Shown piece by piece: positions 24,241 to 36,049 of a stretch of 64,000 nucleotides of DNA. The stretch spans positions 46,500,001 through 46,564,000 of the forward strand of contig OZ076415.1 of the NCBI GenBank assembly GCA_964187785.1, given 5' to 3'. The notes below the pieces were generated by a model. That model saw nothing but the letters and a program-made list of their open reading frames with translations, searched no databases and was not told the origin of the DNA. The position numbers and the translations under genes are program-made. The number at the start of each line of letters is the position of its first letter. Within the stretch, counting starts at the first letter, position 1. Origin of the DNA: Amphiscolops sp. MND2022 (Eukaryota).

Positions 24241-24545
24241 AAAGCCCTGAATGGGTGTTAGCGTGAGAAACAGGAGTGTTTTTCGTTTTTTTCCTCAAGT
24301 CTAAAGCTTTTTAGACTTTTCAATTCAAAAGTGTTTTCTTTTAATAAATTACTGCAGGAGGGGGTACTAAATCGAAATTAACTGAAAAGATCGAGGCACG
24401 GTTGAATGAAAACTCAATTAATTACGTTGTATCATAAAACAGTTCTTCTTCTTGAATTTCACTTCTCCGGAACTGCAGTATTTATCCAAAACCAAGTAAA
24501 AAACGTAACTTCGGTAAACTTGAAGAAAACTGAACAATTTTTATT

Positions 24546-24868
24546 CATAATTGGAAATGTGCTAAAACTGAAAACGTAGTGCAGGTACCTATCCAACATT
24601 GGTTACGTGGTAATGAACTGGAGTTGTAATGCATCATAACAATATCATTAGCACTGTTGAAACTAGTTTCCCACTGCAGGGGTTTAAATGGCCCGCGGAA
24701 ATCTGTTTTACGGGTTATTCTTAAGGACAAATAGCCCCTTTGGAAGCAATCTACGTGTTCCAAATAACCCCCTTAATATCTTAATACTAACTTGGCATTG
24801 CTATTTACACAGCGGAGTTACTTGTCCTGCGCAGTTTAATATTGAGTGTAGTTTGGCATTGCGATTAC

Positions 24869-24903
<35 letters not shown>

Positions 24904-25190
24904 AATATATACCGCAGTGCCAAATAACCCCACAGTTGTATTTTAGCACTTACCAAATACCACCAGCTGAGGGGTTATTTGGTGTGTAGTTTGGCATGAC
25001 CCTGAATCTTCACTCCCACGGGTCGTAGGAAAACGAAATTTGGGAGAATAGCCCAAAACCCTAAAAAAATACCTTTCACAAAATTTGAACGGAATCGATC
25101 GCGTATTTCCCAAATTATTAAGGGTCTATTCCCAATGCCAAATAACCCCATGCCAGGTATTCTCAAGGACAAACTACACCCTTAATATTA
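24546..25190. repeat. Repeat family with TGCCAAA(TAACCCC/CTACAC) motifs in two opposed arms around an (ATT)n tract
   Basis: Left arm ends GTAGTTTGGCATTGCGATTACTT, then (ATT)n ~24869-24903, then the right arm begins AATATATACCGCAGTGCCAAATAACCCC. Further motif copies at ~24971, 24988, 25137 and 25169. Confidence 0.7.
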
Positions 25191-25920
25191 GTGCAGTATT
25201 TTGGGACGTCATAATTAGTCCAGTCCATCCGATTAACGAGCACTGCATGTAGTGGTACAGTACTAATCCTGCTTGAAGTTTTCGCCAACGCATTAATTGA
25301 CAAATTACTCTTTCTGGTACGAACTACATCTGCTCTAAAGATCAAATATAAAGTCAGTGGCGAATTGATGTTCAGTTGGGTTACCCCCACTAGATTGTAA
25401 GTTTTGTTCTTCGCCTGTGGAAGATACTTTCGTTTGAAGCGAGATAATTTATCAACTCGAGAACTGCTCTTTATTTTCGGAACAGCGTTTGCCGAGACTC
25501 AAAGGTTGGGTCTATAAGAATGTTTGTTTTATAGCTCCAACCAATTCGTTGGACACGAAAACGGCAACACACGAAAGCGCATTCTGAAATCAATGCCGTG
25601 AACTGGTTTTATTCTGAGTGCAAAAACAAATTACTTTATTTCTAATATATACTTGTTCAAATAATTGAAAATCATTTAACTGTGAATAAATATGAATTGG
25701 ATTTAATAATTTCCTCCTTTGCCTTCGAAAGTTAGAAACAAAAAGTAGAAGCCATTTCGAGATAGTTTTTTGATGTCCCTGCTAGTAATAGCAGAGTTGA
25801 CAAATCATTTTATCGCGACATGAGAAATTACAAAGGGGAGTTACTTTGACATCTTTACTGTAAGAGTATTGTGAATCGAAATAAAGGGTTCTTCCGTATT
25901 TGGGGGTTGGTTGTGCTTCG

Positions 25921-26065
25921 GGTGGAAGGGAAAAGAGGGGGAATTCGTTACAGTTTGGTAGGTACTATTGTGTCAAAGTTTGCTCAAACTTGATTGGCTG
26001 CCGCGTTCACCAATGATGATCTGACTTAATTTATCTCTAGTTTTGTTTTAGTTCACTTTGGATTT
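25921..26065 (+). repeat. Dispersed ~145-bp direct repeat, copy 1
   Basis: ttcgttaca.tttggtaggtactattgtgtcaaa.ttt...ttgattggctgccgc.ttc.ccaatgatgat is shared with 27960-28108. Confidence 0.85.
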
Positions 26066-27560
26066 TTACATAGAATTGAATTGTATCAATTGTATTTGAA
26101 TCAATTGTATCAATGAAATGAATTGTATTTTGATGAACAATATTTCGTGTAATTCCACTTTAAATCTGACACCGAAGTGCAGAAAATGGTCCAAATATTG
26201 TTCAGGTATGCAATTCGACCGGATCCTGAATCAACAGTGTCCTTGTTTTCCATAAACCTCATACCTTTTACATACTATAATATCTGATGAATTGATTAAA
26301 CTTCATTCGCTTTACAATCCCTAAAAGCCACAGGTCAGCTTTTAGTCACGCGAGTGCAGAAACATACATTCGGGTGGTAGTCTTTTTAACAATTGTTTAA
26401 CACGTCTTTTAATCTACGTTCACTGATTTCAATTTCTGGGCAATGGCTTCAAAAGTGTAACTAGATTTCTTCATTTCTTCGTTGCTGTTAAATTTCGGAT
26501 CGTTTCTGTTACTTCCCCCACATTAAGCGAGCGGGAGTTAATAAATCGGTGGAGGAAACTAACCTAAGATATCCAAACTTTCTCGTAAACAGTTTTTCTT
26601 TTATGTTATTTGAAACTATTTAGGGAACTAAAGGAATTACGGGAATTAAGGAACAAGGTGGTCGTATTAATCTGCAAAGTTTGACAAAGATAATCTCGAT
26701 TGCTGTGATCGTAATTCATTTCATCTAGGTTTTGTGGTGGTGCAGGAAACTGTTTTTATTCATGGAACCAACCACAAACGCCAATCAGAAGAGAATTTCA
26801 CAGCGAATTTAACTTCCAAATGAAGTTTTCTGAAACTATAAGACTAAAAGAAAAAATTTATTTTATAGAATTAAAGAAGTAAATCAACAAACTTAAAGTG
26901 CAGGTTTTCCAAATTTGACTTTAAATTCTAAATCAAAAAATCAACTTTGTTAGAAATGACTACTTATTTCATCACATTAAATGTGACGTTAATCACATTT
27001 TCAATTTCTTTCTTAGTCGATCAGGGGTGAACAGAGGTAATCCAATATGTTCAATGCTAATAACAAAAAATTTTTAATTCTAGTATTGATGTTGGAAAAA
27101 TTGGAGAAACAATTTTTTTTTCGATTTCTTCACTGAGCAGTCAAAATCAGTTTGGGAATAAGGTTCAGTCGAGACACTTTTCAATAAATGTAAAATAACC
27201 TTCAATATTATACCGTCAAATGAGCAAGGCCAACTAAGGCAACTTTAGCAACAAACTCAATATTGATAGCTGTTGGCAGGTTGTCATTGAAGTGCAAACA
27301 ACGCTGCGAAAGCAGAGAACCTTTTTGACGTTAGTCACGCTAGAAAGCAGAAAAATTTTGTGACGTTTATTTGTCAAGTTTCATATAGATATAAATTAGG
27401 TGGTTCATTTTCATCACTCAATAATGTTTCTCTTCCGCGTGACAAACGTAAACAATCAGTTCGTTTGGAAGTTAGAATGCCAACTTCGAAACAACGTAAA
27501 AATAAATTTTCAAGAGCTTACCGGACCATTATATCTTACATTTTTATGTACTTTGAAATT

Positions 27561-27772
27561 ACCAGGGCACAAATTAGCCCTATGTTGATGTCAGAGGACA
27601 AATAACACCCTACACGAAATACCAGAGGACACATAACTCCTATGTTTAATATCAGGGGACAAATAACCCCATACTTTAAATACCAGAGGACAAATAACTC
27701 CTATGGTTAATATCAGAGGACAAATAACTCCATACGTTAAATACCAGCGGACAAATAACTCCTATGTTTAAG
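27561..27772. repeat. ~30-bp minisatellite, about 7 copies, alternating dimer structure
   Basis: Consensus approximately AATA(C/T)CAGAGGACAAATAAC(T/C)CC(T)AT; units alternate ...ccata..ttaaatacc and ...cctatg.ttaatatc. Confidence 0.9.
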
Positions 27773-27959
27773 ATAAAAGATCTTTTCTAAATTGAGGTGT
27801 AAAATTGTACTCGCATCTAATTGGCTCAACATAAGCCAATTAATTGAACGCATTGTGGTGACACAAGAATCAAGAATCAAAATTAAAAGAACACAAAAAT
27901 CGATCATGACTAAAGATGTTTTCAAAATCAAAATCAAAATGAAGTGATCATCTATGTTG

Positions 27960-28108
27960 GGGGGAAGGGAAAGTGAAGGGGATATTCGTTACATTTTGGT
28001 AGGTACTATTGTGTCAAATTTTGTTCAAATTTGATTGGCTGCCGCATTCGCCAATGATGATGAGACTGAATTTTGCTCTAGTTTGTTTTTAGTTAATTTT
28101 GGATTTTT
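27960..28108 (+). repeat. Dispersed ~145-bp direct repeat, copy 2
   Basis: Homologous to 25921-26065. Confidence 0.85.
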
Positions 28109-28259
28109 TAAGCAGAATTAAAATGAATCAAAATCTTTTTTGGATCTTTTCTGTTGATCCCCCAGCTATGTTATAGTGAAATATGTTGTTGTAGTGAAAT
28201 ATGTTATAGTGAGATAATCTCTTGTGAGTGAAAAAATTGTATTCAAGAACAAAATGTGC

Positions 28260-28425
28260 TTTGGGGTGTTTGTGTTTGTGGGGTGGGGGGGGGGGGGGGG
28301 GTGGATTGAACACATGGTCCACAATTGTGGACCATGTGTTCAATCCCCTCCCCCCAAATACCTTGTCGCGAATTTACCACCCCCCCCCCCCCACAAACAC
28401 AAACACAAACACAAACACAAACAAA
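28260..28425. repeat. Perfect 44-bp palindrome nested in G-run/C-run and (GTGTTT)/(AAACAC) inverted arms
   Basis: GGATTGAACACATGGTCCACAA|TTGTGGACCATGTGTTCAATCC at 28303-28346; GTGTTTGTGTTTGTG and poly-G on the left, poly-C and (CACAAA)n on the right. Confidence 0.9.
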
Positions 28426-29185
28426 ATTATTGAATAATTTTGAGAAACAGAGATTGACGAATCAGTTCTTTGAGAAAAAGATTGACAGTTGATAGCAGGA
28501 AATCAGCTTGTAAATTGAATAAAAAGTTAGTGGAAGTTTTGCTGGCTGAAATAATGCAATGTGGGGTATATGTAGATTTTTAGATTTGTAAACACAAACG
28601 ACAAAATCCATTTTCTTTTTACATGTATTTTATGGTATCAACCAATCAAAAAGGTTGAACTATTTGAGAAGTAAATTAGTAAAAACAAATCAAACTTGCG
28701 AATTTGTATTTCTGAGCGTAAAGATTACTTTAGAAAAAAACTAAATTTTTTGAATTTTTTCCGTGAATTTCCACAGGGAATTATAGAAAAAAAATTCTAG
28801 AAACATGAAAAGTTCGAACATTAAACATTTGAGACTAATATCATGCCAATGGTTGTTTGCTACTAGGTAAACCATAAAAATCTAAACGCATGAACTCCAA
28901 TTTGATTGGATTTTATTAATTCGTTAATAATTCCACTAGATCGTTTAGCGGTTTTAAATCGGTGGGGGAATTATTAACAAAAGGTCCCCTTTTTCCCCAT
29001 GGCTCCTTCAAGGCACGATTTGGTACCTGATTTTAAAAAACTGAACGAGAGCTCTATTTTTTGGAATCAGTTATATCACAAAGCAATTTTCTTTCTTGAA
29101 ATTAACTTCTTGGAAACTACAGCATTACCCCAAAATTAGGGAATAAAATCTTGTAAACTTCCGTTAACTTTCACCAAATCTATCT

Positions 29186-29529
29186 CATGATTGGAAATGT
29201 GCTAGTACTGATAAATTAGTTCCTATCCAACATTAATCATGGGGTGATAAACTCGTTGTAGGGCATCATAAGAATTTCGTTAGCACTTGTGGAACTAGTG
29301 TCCCACTGCATGGGTTTAAGTGGCTGGCGGAAAACTGTTTAAGGGTTATTCTTAAGGACGAATAGCCCCTTTGGAAGCAATCTACACATGCCAAATAACC
29401 CAATTAATATCTTAATTGTAAATGTGTAATTTGGCACTGATATTTACTTAGCGGTGTTAATTGTCCTGCGCAGTGTAAAATTGAGTGTAGTTTGGCATTG
29501 CGATTACTTATTATTATTATTATTATTAT
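29186..29529. repeat. Second, diverged copy of the 24546-24900 repeat arm, also ending in (ATT)n
   Basis: Shares ttggaaatgtgcta, gggttattcttaaggac.aatagcccctttggaagcaatctac and ttgagtgtagtttggcattgcgattacttattattatt with 24546-24900. Confidence 0.85.
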
Positions 29530-29899
29530 CATGGATTTACAGATGGTTGAGGATGATTATTTTTACAACACAATACAACTCACAAAAAAATAAACAACTT
29601 TCGACCGTTCAACCAAACTGAAGGGATTGCTCCTAAACACAAAATCGCCAAGAAGGCGGCATAGGTCATTGTATTATCAAAAAGCATTTCAAAGTTTTCC
29701 ATTTTTTGGCCCGAGTTTGTTACAACACAGGGTTCAATTTACTGATCAACCAGTTCTAACTGCATTTGATATACAGGCTGAATAGAAAAGCACACGACAC
29801 GTGTTTCTTTCCAAAGCGTTCCGATTAGCATTGAAGTCCAGGCTACATCAAAGCAGGGTTGAATCGCAGTATTTGAAAGACATATAAGGCCGCGATCCA

Positions 29900-32720
29900 G
29901 AATTTCATGCCAGTCATTTTGAGAATATGGAACACGACAATGGTTATTGCTTGATTACTTGCTGAATTCATCAGAGCAACTACTGGGAAAAATTAAGCAT
30001 TATTGGGGACGAGCTGAGTTCCAGACCTCCGTAGGAAAGCCTCCACATTATAATTTTCTTTTGGTTAGAAAACAGCGTTCAAGAAGTCAACGAGAGAATA
30101 GCCTCGACAAAGAAGCATATGAAGCAAGCTTTTTTCGATTTGCTACATTCTGAAATCCAACTTAAAAAAGACTCATCTGACATGGAACATATGTACGAAA
30201 TGTGTTTGCGGCTGCATACTCATGATTGTGACCAAAATAAAAAACGTTGTTTCGTAAATAAGCGAAATTCAGCTGGAAAATCTGTTTTTGTTTGCCGATT
30301 TCCTCCATATGAGACGTCGAATACGTTATGGTTGAAAGACATTTCGATTTCGTACAGAGAGCAAACGCTTCAGATTTTAAAGAAATTGGGTTTGGCTTAC
30401 CGGGTGGACGACTTCGATCATAACTAATCAAATTTTGAAGACTGAAGAGTTCTCGTATCCAGCTGATGCCGGCCATCACATAATGCCTACGTGTCCTCGT
30501 TTGTTTCCTATCACCAATGTTCGTCTTATCACCAAGGACTTCAGTTCTCGGTATTTGAAGAAACATGCCGCAGGAAAGGAAGAACACACCACATCTGGTG
30601 TGACTCCCGGCACTAACCGACGATCATGGAAAGTTGATACTGGTGGCATTGAAAATAAAAAAAACCGGTGTTCAGCTGAGGAAGAATGATAACGATGTGA
30701 GCAAAAGAACAAGTAAAGTACTGCAAGCACTAAATGTCTCCCAGACTGGATATTTGTGGTGGACACTCCAGTTACCATCTGTTTCAACGGGATTCGATTT
30801 TGTACATGTGCCGTCTGTCCCATGGAGTTGAGAATGGGCTGTGTGAAGCATGTGACCCGTGTTCAACGTAATACAATGGATATTTTGCAACTACGAGAGG
30901 ATTTGCAGATACCATCAAAGAGAGCGTCCTTCTTCAACTGTGATCATATACATCGGTTGTCCAGTATAGTGGTTAACAATAATTACGATTCCACGCAAAC
31001 AGCAGAGGTTTCATTGAAAAGACTCCCGCAGACCTGAGCGACTTGCTTTAATCAAGAGTTTGGACTTCATTGTTTTCGAAGAAACTGGTCTAAATAGCGC
31101 AGAATTGATGTCGTCTATTGACATGATTCTTCAAAGGCTTCATGACACTGAACTACCGTTTGGCGCCCGAGTGGTCGTATGTAATAGTGACACTAACCAA
31201 TTTCCTGCAGTCAGTGGATAGGATATTTTCTTGTCTCCTCTGCTGGTTTTCAGTTTTCGGTCATATTTTCTAAACAACTTAGTTAGAATGATTGATGTTG
31301 AAGGCCAGTATGTGCTGGATCTCATGTCCGAAAAACCAATCAGTTGGGATGTAATCACTGAAATACTTCGTGTCCTGTCCAGACGCTGTAGATTCGTTGA
31401 TAGTTGAAACGACTTGACGGACAGATATGTCATGAAAGTTTTCGGAGAAAAAACGAGCGGAGCGAGAAGCTGTTGATTTATATCAGCAGGCCGTGAGACA
31501 GTCTTCTTCCTCGACATTTCTGCTCGATTTCTGACGAAATGTGTTCCGCCAGAAGCAGCACTTGGCTCCCTGCAGCAAAAGTTAGGTTATTTTTGGATCA
31601 TGAATGTCGTGAACCCAGAAATCTCCTGTTGCACGACCATTGTCTGCTTAAAATAAGGCAAAATTTTGACACCACTTCGCAGGGCCAAATTTGTATACTT
31701 GCTGAACTCCCGCGTAAAAAAACTCAATTCGAGTTCACATTCCGCTTGATGTCAACCTGCTCTCCGATGAGAACCTTTGGTCCCATCAGCTTTACTTGTC
31801 ATGGCCGGAGAAGGTTGTTCCGTTTCAAATAGGGATCTCTATCATACAAAGATTACACGGTCCGCAGAAATCAGATTCCTGCTGTGAATTATATGGGTGC
31901 AACGTGTCAAATTAATGGGAGATACATTTCCGAAAAAAGCCACAAAGTTGTCAACCGAAGAGTCAGCCTATTCACTGGATGGCATCCCAACTTTACGTTA
32001 TCGCGAGTCGAGTGAAACCTCTGGAGAACATCATATTTGTCGGTCGCAAGTTGGTATTCTTTCCACTTTCACGCTTCAAAATATAGCAAAATTTAGTTAT
32101 AAATTTCATGGTCTTGTTTCTTCGTCTTTTACAGAAAACCGGCACCTTTTATTGAACTTAATCTTTTTTAATGTATGCATGATATTGGTATTTACCTCTG
32201 TAGTCAAAATTTGTTTTGTAGGGAGCAAACTATGTCTGCTATGGGTCAAATTTTGCAACGAACCCCTCCTCATGAGATTGCTGTGTAAAAACAGTTGTTG
32301 CAGTTGCAAGCCATAAATAGAAAAGACTCTGCCCGAATTGAATTGCCAGAACTTCTCATGACACCCATTCAATTGGCCGTCCCAATAGTAGAAAACCAAT
32401 TCGTTTATGTTCTAATTAGCCGAAGACAATTCCCCAATGTAGTCAAGTTCATCGGAGAAACCGGAAATGATTTGTTGCAGGAGTGGAAGCTTCACAACAG
32501 TGGTGAAAAGTCGCAGCTAACAAATGCTTTGCATTTTCGACCCTGGTGCATAGCAGCATTTGTATATAATATCGTTTGTGAAGAAGATCGACTTTGTTTT
32601 CATCGCCGTATTCAAAGCGACACCCTTTGAAGCACAGTGGTAGAGATATGGTATTTGATGGAACACGTCATCTCCACCTGGACCGAGGGGAACGAATTCT
32701 TGAAAACACTCACAATGAAA
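29900..32720 (+). pseudogene. Decayed Helitron/Helentron-like RepHel (HUH Rep + PIF1 helicase)
   Basis: Rep motif II region LLGKIKHYWGRAEFQTSVGKPPHY (~29990-30050); HTHDC...C...CRFPPY (30119 ORF); PIF1-like DFIVFEETG and IDMILQRLHDTELPFGARVVVCNSDTNQFPAVSG (~31060-31220); SQGQIC; RRQFP (~32420). Many stops and frameshifts. Confidence 0.75.
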
Positions 32721-33462
32721 TACTGTCGTGTCCGGATTTTTTGCGTTTTCGTGGTTGAATAGTCAATATCTTGTTTTTACTCCATTTTTGTTCAAAATTG
32801 AGTTGTATAGTACTTGTATTGAATTTACCATTGTCACGATATAAATCGTATATCAATCGGTTCATTTTGTTCTTTGACAAAGATTCAAGCATCTATTTAT
32901 TTTTCACAGCTTTCTGGAGTTGAAAGACACCGAAATGTTTTCCTCTAGTTTTCCTGTTGAGGACACGCCGTCATATTGCTGATACATTATTTTACCATAC
33001 ATGTCTGCAGTTATTTGATTTGTTTCCTGTAGCTTTCGCAAATCATGCTCTTCGTTTTCATGTCAATCTGCTGTAGTAGTTGCGTTCACCAGGTTTCATC
33101 TTTTTTTTCAGACGACTGTTCTTGAAAATGCCAGCAGGGTATATAAAGGTTGAGAAGTCAATCCAAGAGGTTCAGCAAATGGTAGGAGAGAAATTCAAAG
33201 AAGTCCTGTTCAATCAGTTGGTAGACGAGGAACACAAGTTGCCTGGTAGAAACAAGTTGAAATGCGTGTTGCTGCACGCTACTGTTGTCTAAGAAGATCA
33301 ATTTCTACGAACCATTGAAGCAAGGCTCGAAACTGAGACAAGGCGAGGTATCATCCTATGATCCGATTTATTGTTCTGGGAGTTGAAGAAACGGAGCATG
33401 TTCTTTTGTCATTTACTAGAGATTCTCATGAATCGAAAAGAGTTTTGCTCTAACACGGCGAC

Positions 33463-34366
33463 TTGCTGCATGGCACGCCTGTGTGGCTTCTTTGCCCTAC
33501 ATTGGAAGGTTTGTTGAAAGAAACGCAGAATCCTTTAATTTCCACTGGAGATCCCCTGGCGATTGGCGAAAGACGGTCGTTATTTAAAATGCCACCACAG
33601 GAAATTGATGCGCCTAACTATGTCTTCTTCGATTTTGTGGCAACCAATTTCGAAGTGTACAGAGCATGCGCCAAAGATAGATTGTGCTGTGAGAAGCTTT
33701 GTGATTCCCAAGATTGTGGTCAGTCTGCATGCATCGCCACGAAACCCAATACACATTGGAGCCTCATGTTCACTGTTACCTGTGATCAACTTTCTGAACG
33801 CGTAACTGGTGAAGAATATGTTACGTTTACGTCAATGAACTTTACGAAACTTTTTGTCTCTTCATCCAAGTACACAGAGTTCTGATAACATCGATAACTT
33901 CGATATGGAAGAATGCGTTATTGAGCTGGCATCCAACATTAATGAAAATCAAAGGTTTCGTGTGATTGGGTGGTTCAAGCCGACATCGGACGATGAAGGT
34001 GTTGTTTCTGGACAAATTTCGTACCATATAAGCCACATTTCTCCACTGCAACCGTTGAGTGCTATTCAAAAGATGAAGAAGTACGGTGCTTCTTTAGAGC
34101 CGGACCTCAACCAAAACAGCCTTGTTTACAATCCGGATGTTCAGTCCACGTCGCATTTGGATATATGTGCACCAAATGTAGAAACGTCTACTCCGAATAG
34201 TTCTCCGAGGCCGCCCAAAAATTACATGTATGATTCCAATGATCTGCCGGTGAACATCAATGATACACTCAATCAAGCTAATCTGGAAACTGCCAGTGTC
34301 CTCTTGAATGATAGTAATGCCAGTGCCACCCGACAGGCAGGCGAAGGATCACCTGAACGCTCGTAA
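33463..34366 (+). pseudogene. Unknown accessory protein downstream of RepHel (split over two frames), paralog A
   Basis: ORFs 33463-33885 and 33854-34366 are collinear and clearly similar to 40614-40958 and 41051-41299 (TPVWLLC...TGDP; FDM..C...FRV.GWFK). Confidence 0.55.
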
Positions 34367-36049
34367 GATATAACTGCCGGTTCCACAGCGTGTCATCTCG
34401 ACGTTCCCCGATACCCTATGAATAATGATGATCTTTTTCTCTTATGACTAAATCACATTTCCTGTTATACCTAAATCAAAAAAGTATCATTACACTATGG
34501 ACTGTGATTAAACGCTTTTGTTTTCCAATGGATTTCTATATACTTTCAGCATTGAAAGGATCCATTGTGGTTTGACCACATTTAAAAATGAAGAAAGATA
34601 TTGCCTAGTGTTGACGATTTGTTAAGCTGTCAAGTAGAAGATGTTACCAACGCCAAAGCATCTATGGTTTTCCATCCGACAAAGTTTAATAACACTTTCT
34701 TTACGGCTCTGTCGAGTTACGGATATATTCGATCCACGTCAGTATTAACGCATTCTTTGAAAGTTAGTTGATCATATCTATTGTATTCTTCCAAACTTTA
34801 CTTTTTCTTCTATGTCGCGCCACAGTCAGTGCTCAAGAGTAAATTTTTGTCTGCCTGCTTCATGTAATAATTACTAGTTTGGGAAAAATTGCTGTACTTG
34901 TTTCTGTATTATATACGCTTCCTTCATTTTTCATTACCTCTGGTCTGTAACTCTTTACTTTTCCGAGTCAAAACAATTGTCTGATTAACGTTCCTAAGTT
35001 TGATTGTGTCGCTTCGTTACTAGTCCTTTAAAAAACGTGCCCTCTCTAAGGATGATCTGATTCCTTCCTAAAGCGTTTCGGGCGATGTTGGGGTAAACGC
35101 CTTTTTGGTGGTGCTGGAACCCAACAAACTGCCATCAAACTTTTTTGTGGCTACGATTGGTAACTGTGACAACTTTTTCAGACTGGATGACATTTAGGTT
35201 ATTGTTCCAAAAGAGACGCCTGTTAGATGAATTTTGCAGCAAAGACATTGCTGCGAAGTCGCTTCATTCGAGAACTTTCCACTAAATTAGTGAGTATTTA
35301 TAGTGATTTCTGCATGTAGTTTTTTAATCAACTTCTTGAATAACGCCTCATTTGTAACCAAAATGATGCTGTCCCTTTAGAAGACAGTTCCCCGGTCTCT
35401 CAGACTTAGTGCAAAAGAGTAGGGTTTTTGTAGAAGCATGAGCAACACAACTTGAATCATCTATACTATTTCACAGATGTGATAATTTCTGATGCAGTCA
35501 TTTTAAATTTTGGTTTTGAACGTTTTATTCTAAGTGGTGGTACAAATCCAAGATAGGCTAATACGAACTTCACAATTGATGTTTCGATATATGAGAAACG
35601 CCCACAGTCCGTAGGCATGCCTTTCGTTGACGTATGGCAAATCCGACCCCTCGGGGTCACTTTTGCGGTAGCGGCTAGGTCAAAGACTGCTATTTTGTCT
35701 TCGATTTTTGTGCTTGTTCTTTTTACTGTTTTCTGAACAATTTTGACATACGGAATAGAAAAAAAATGCAAAAAGTACACAAATACTTCGGGAGTGGTCA
35801 GTAAAGCCATTTCAGCATTTCACGCCAAAACAAACCGAGTTCTTGTGAGACACGTATAAAGAGATGCTCATTATACTGAAATTGACGGCTCTAGGGAAAT
35901 TCAGCGATTTTGATACATTATGACGTAGTTTCTACTTCTGTTAGTTTTACTTGATTCCAAAGATTTTATTCTATTCACTGTCAAGGTTCTTTAGCTATTT
36001 CAGACAAATTATTCGCTTCCCAAGATGGTCACTGACATGTCGATGAGCC

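Noticed and set aside
27561-27772. CRISPR-like array
   Set aside because: Units are contiguous ~30-bp repeats with no unique spacers, there are no cas genes, and the context is eukaryotic.
34400-36000. Possible decayed coding sequence on the minus strand, including ORF 35466-35810
   Set aside because: No recognisable motif in any frame and frequent stops; it could not be assigned to gag/pol or another family.
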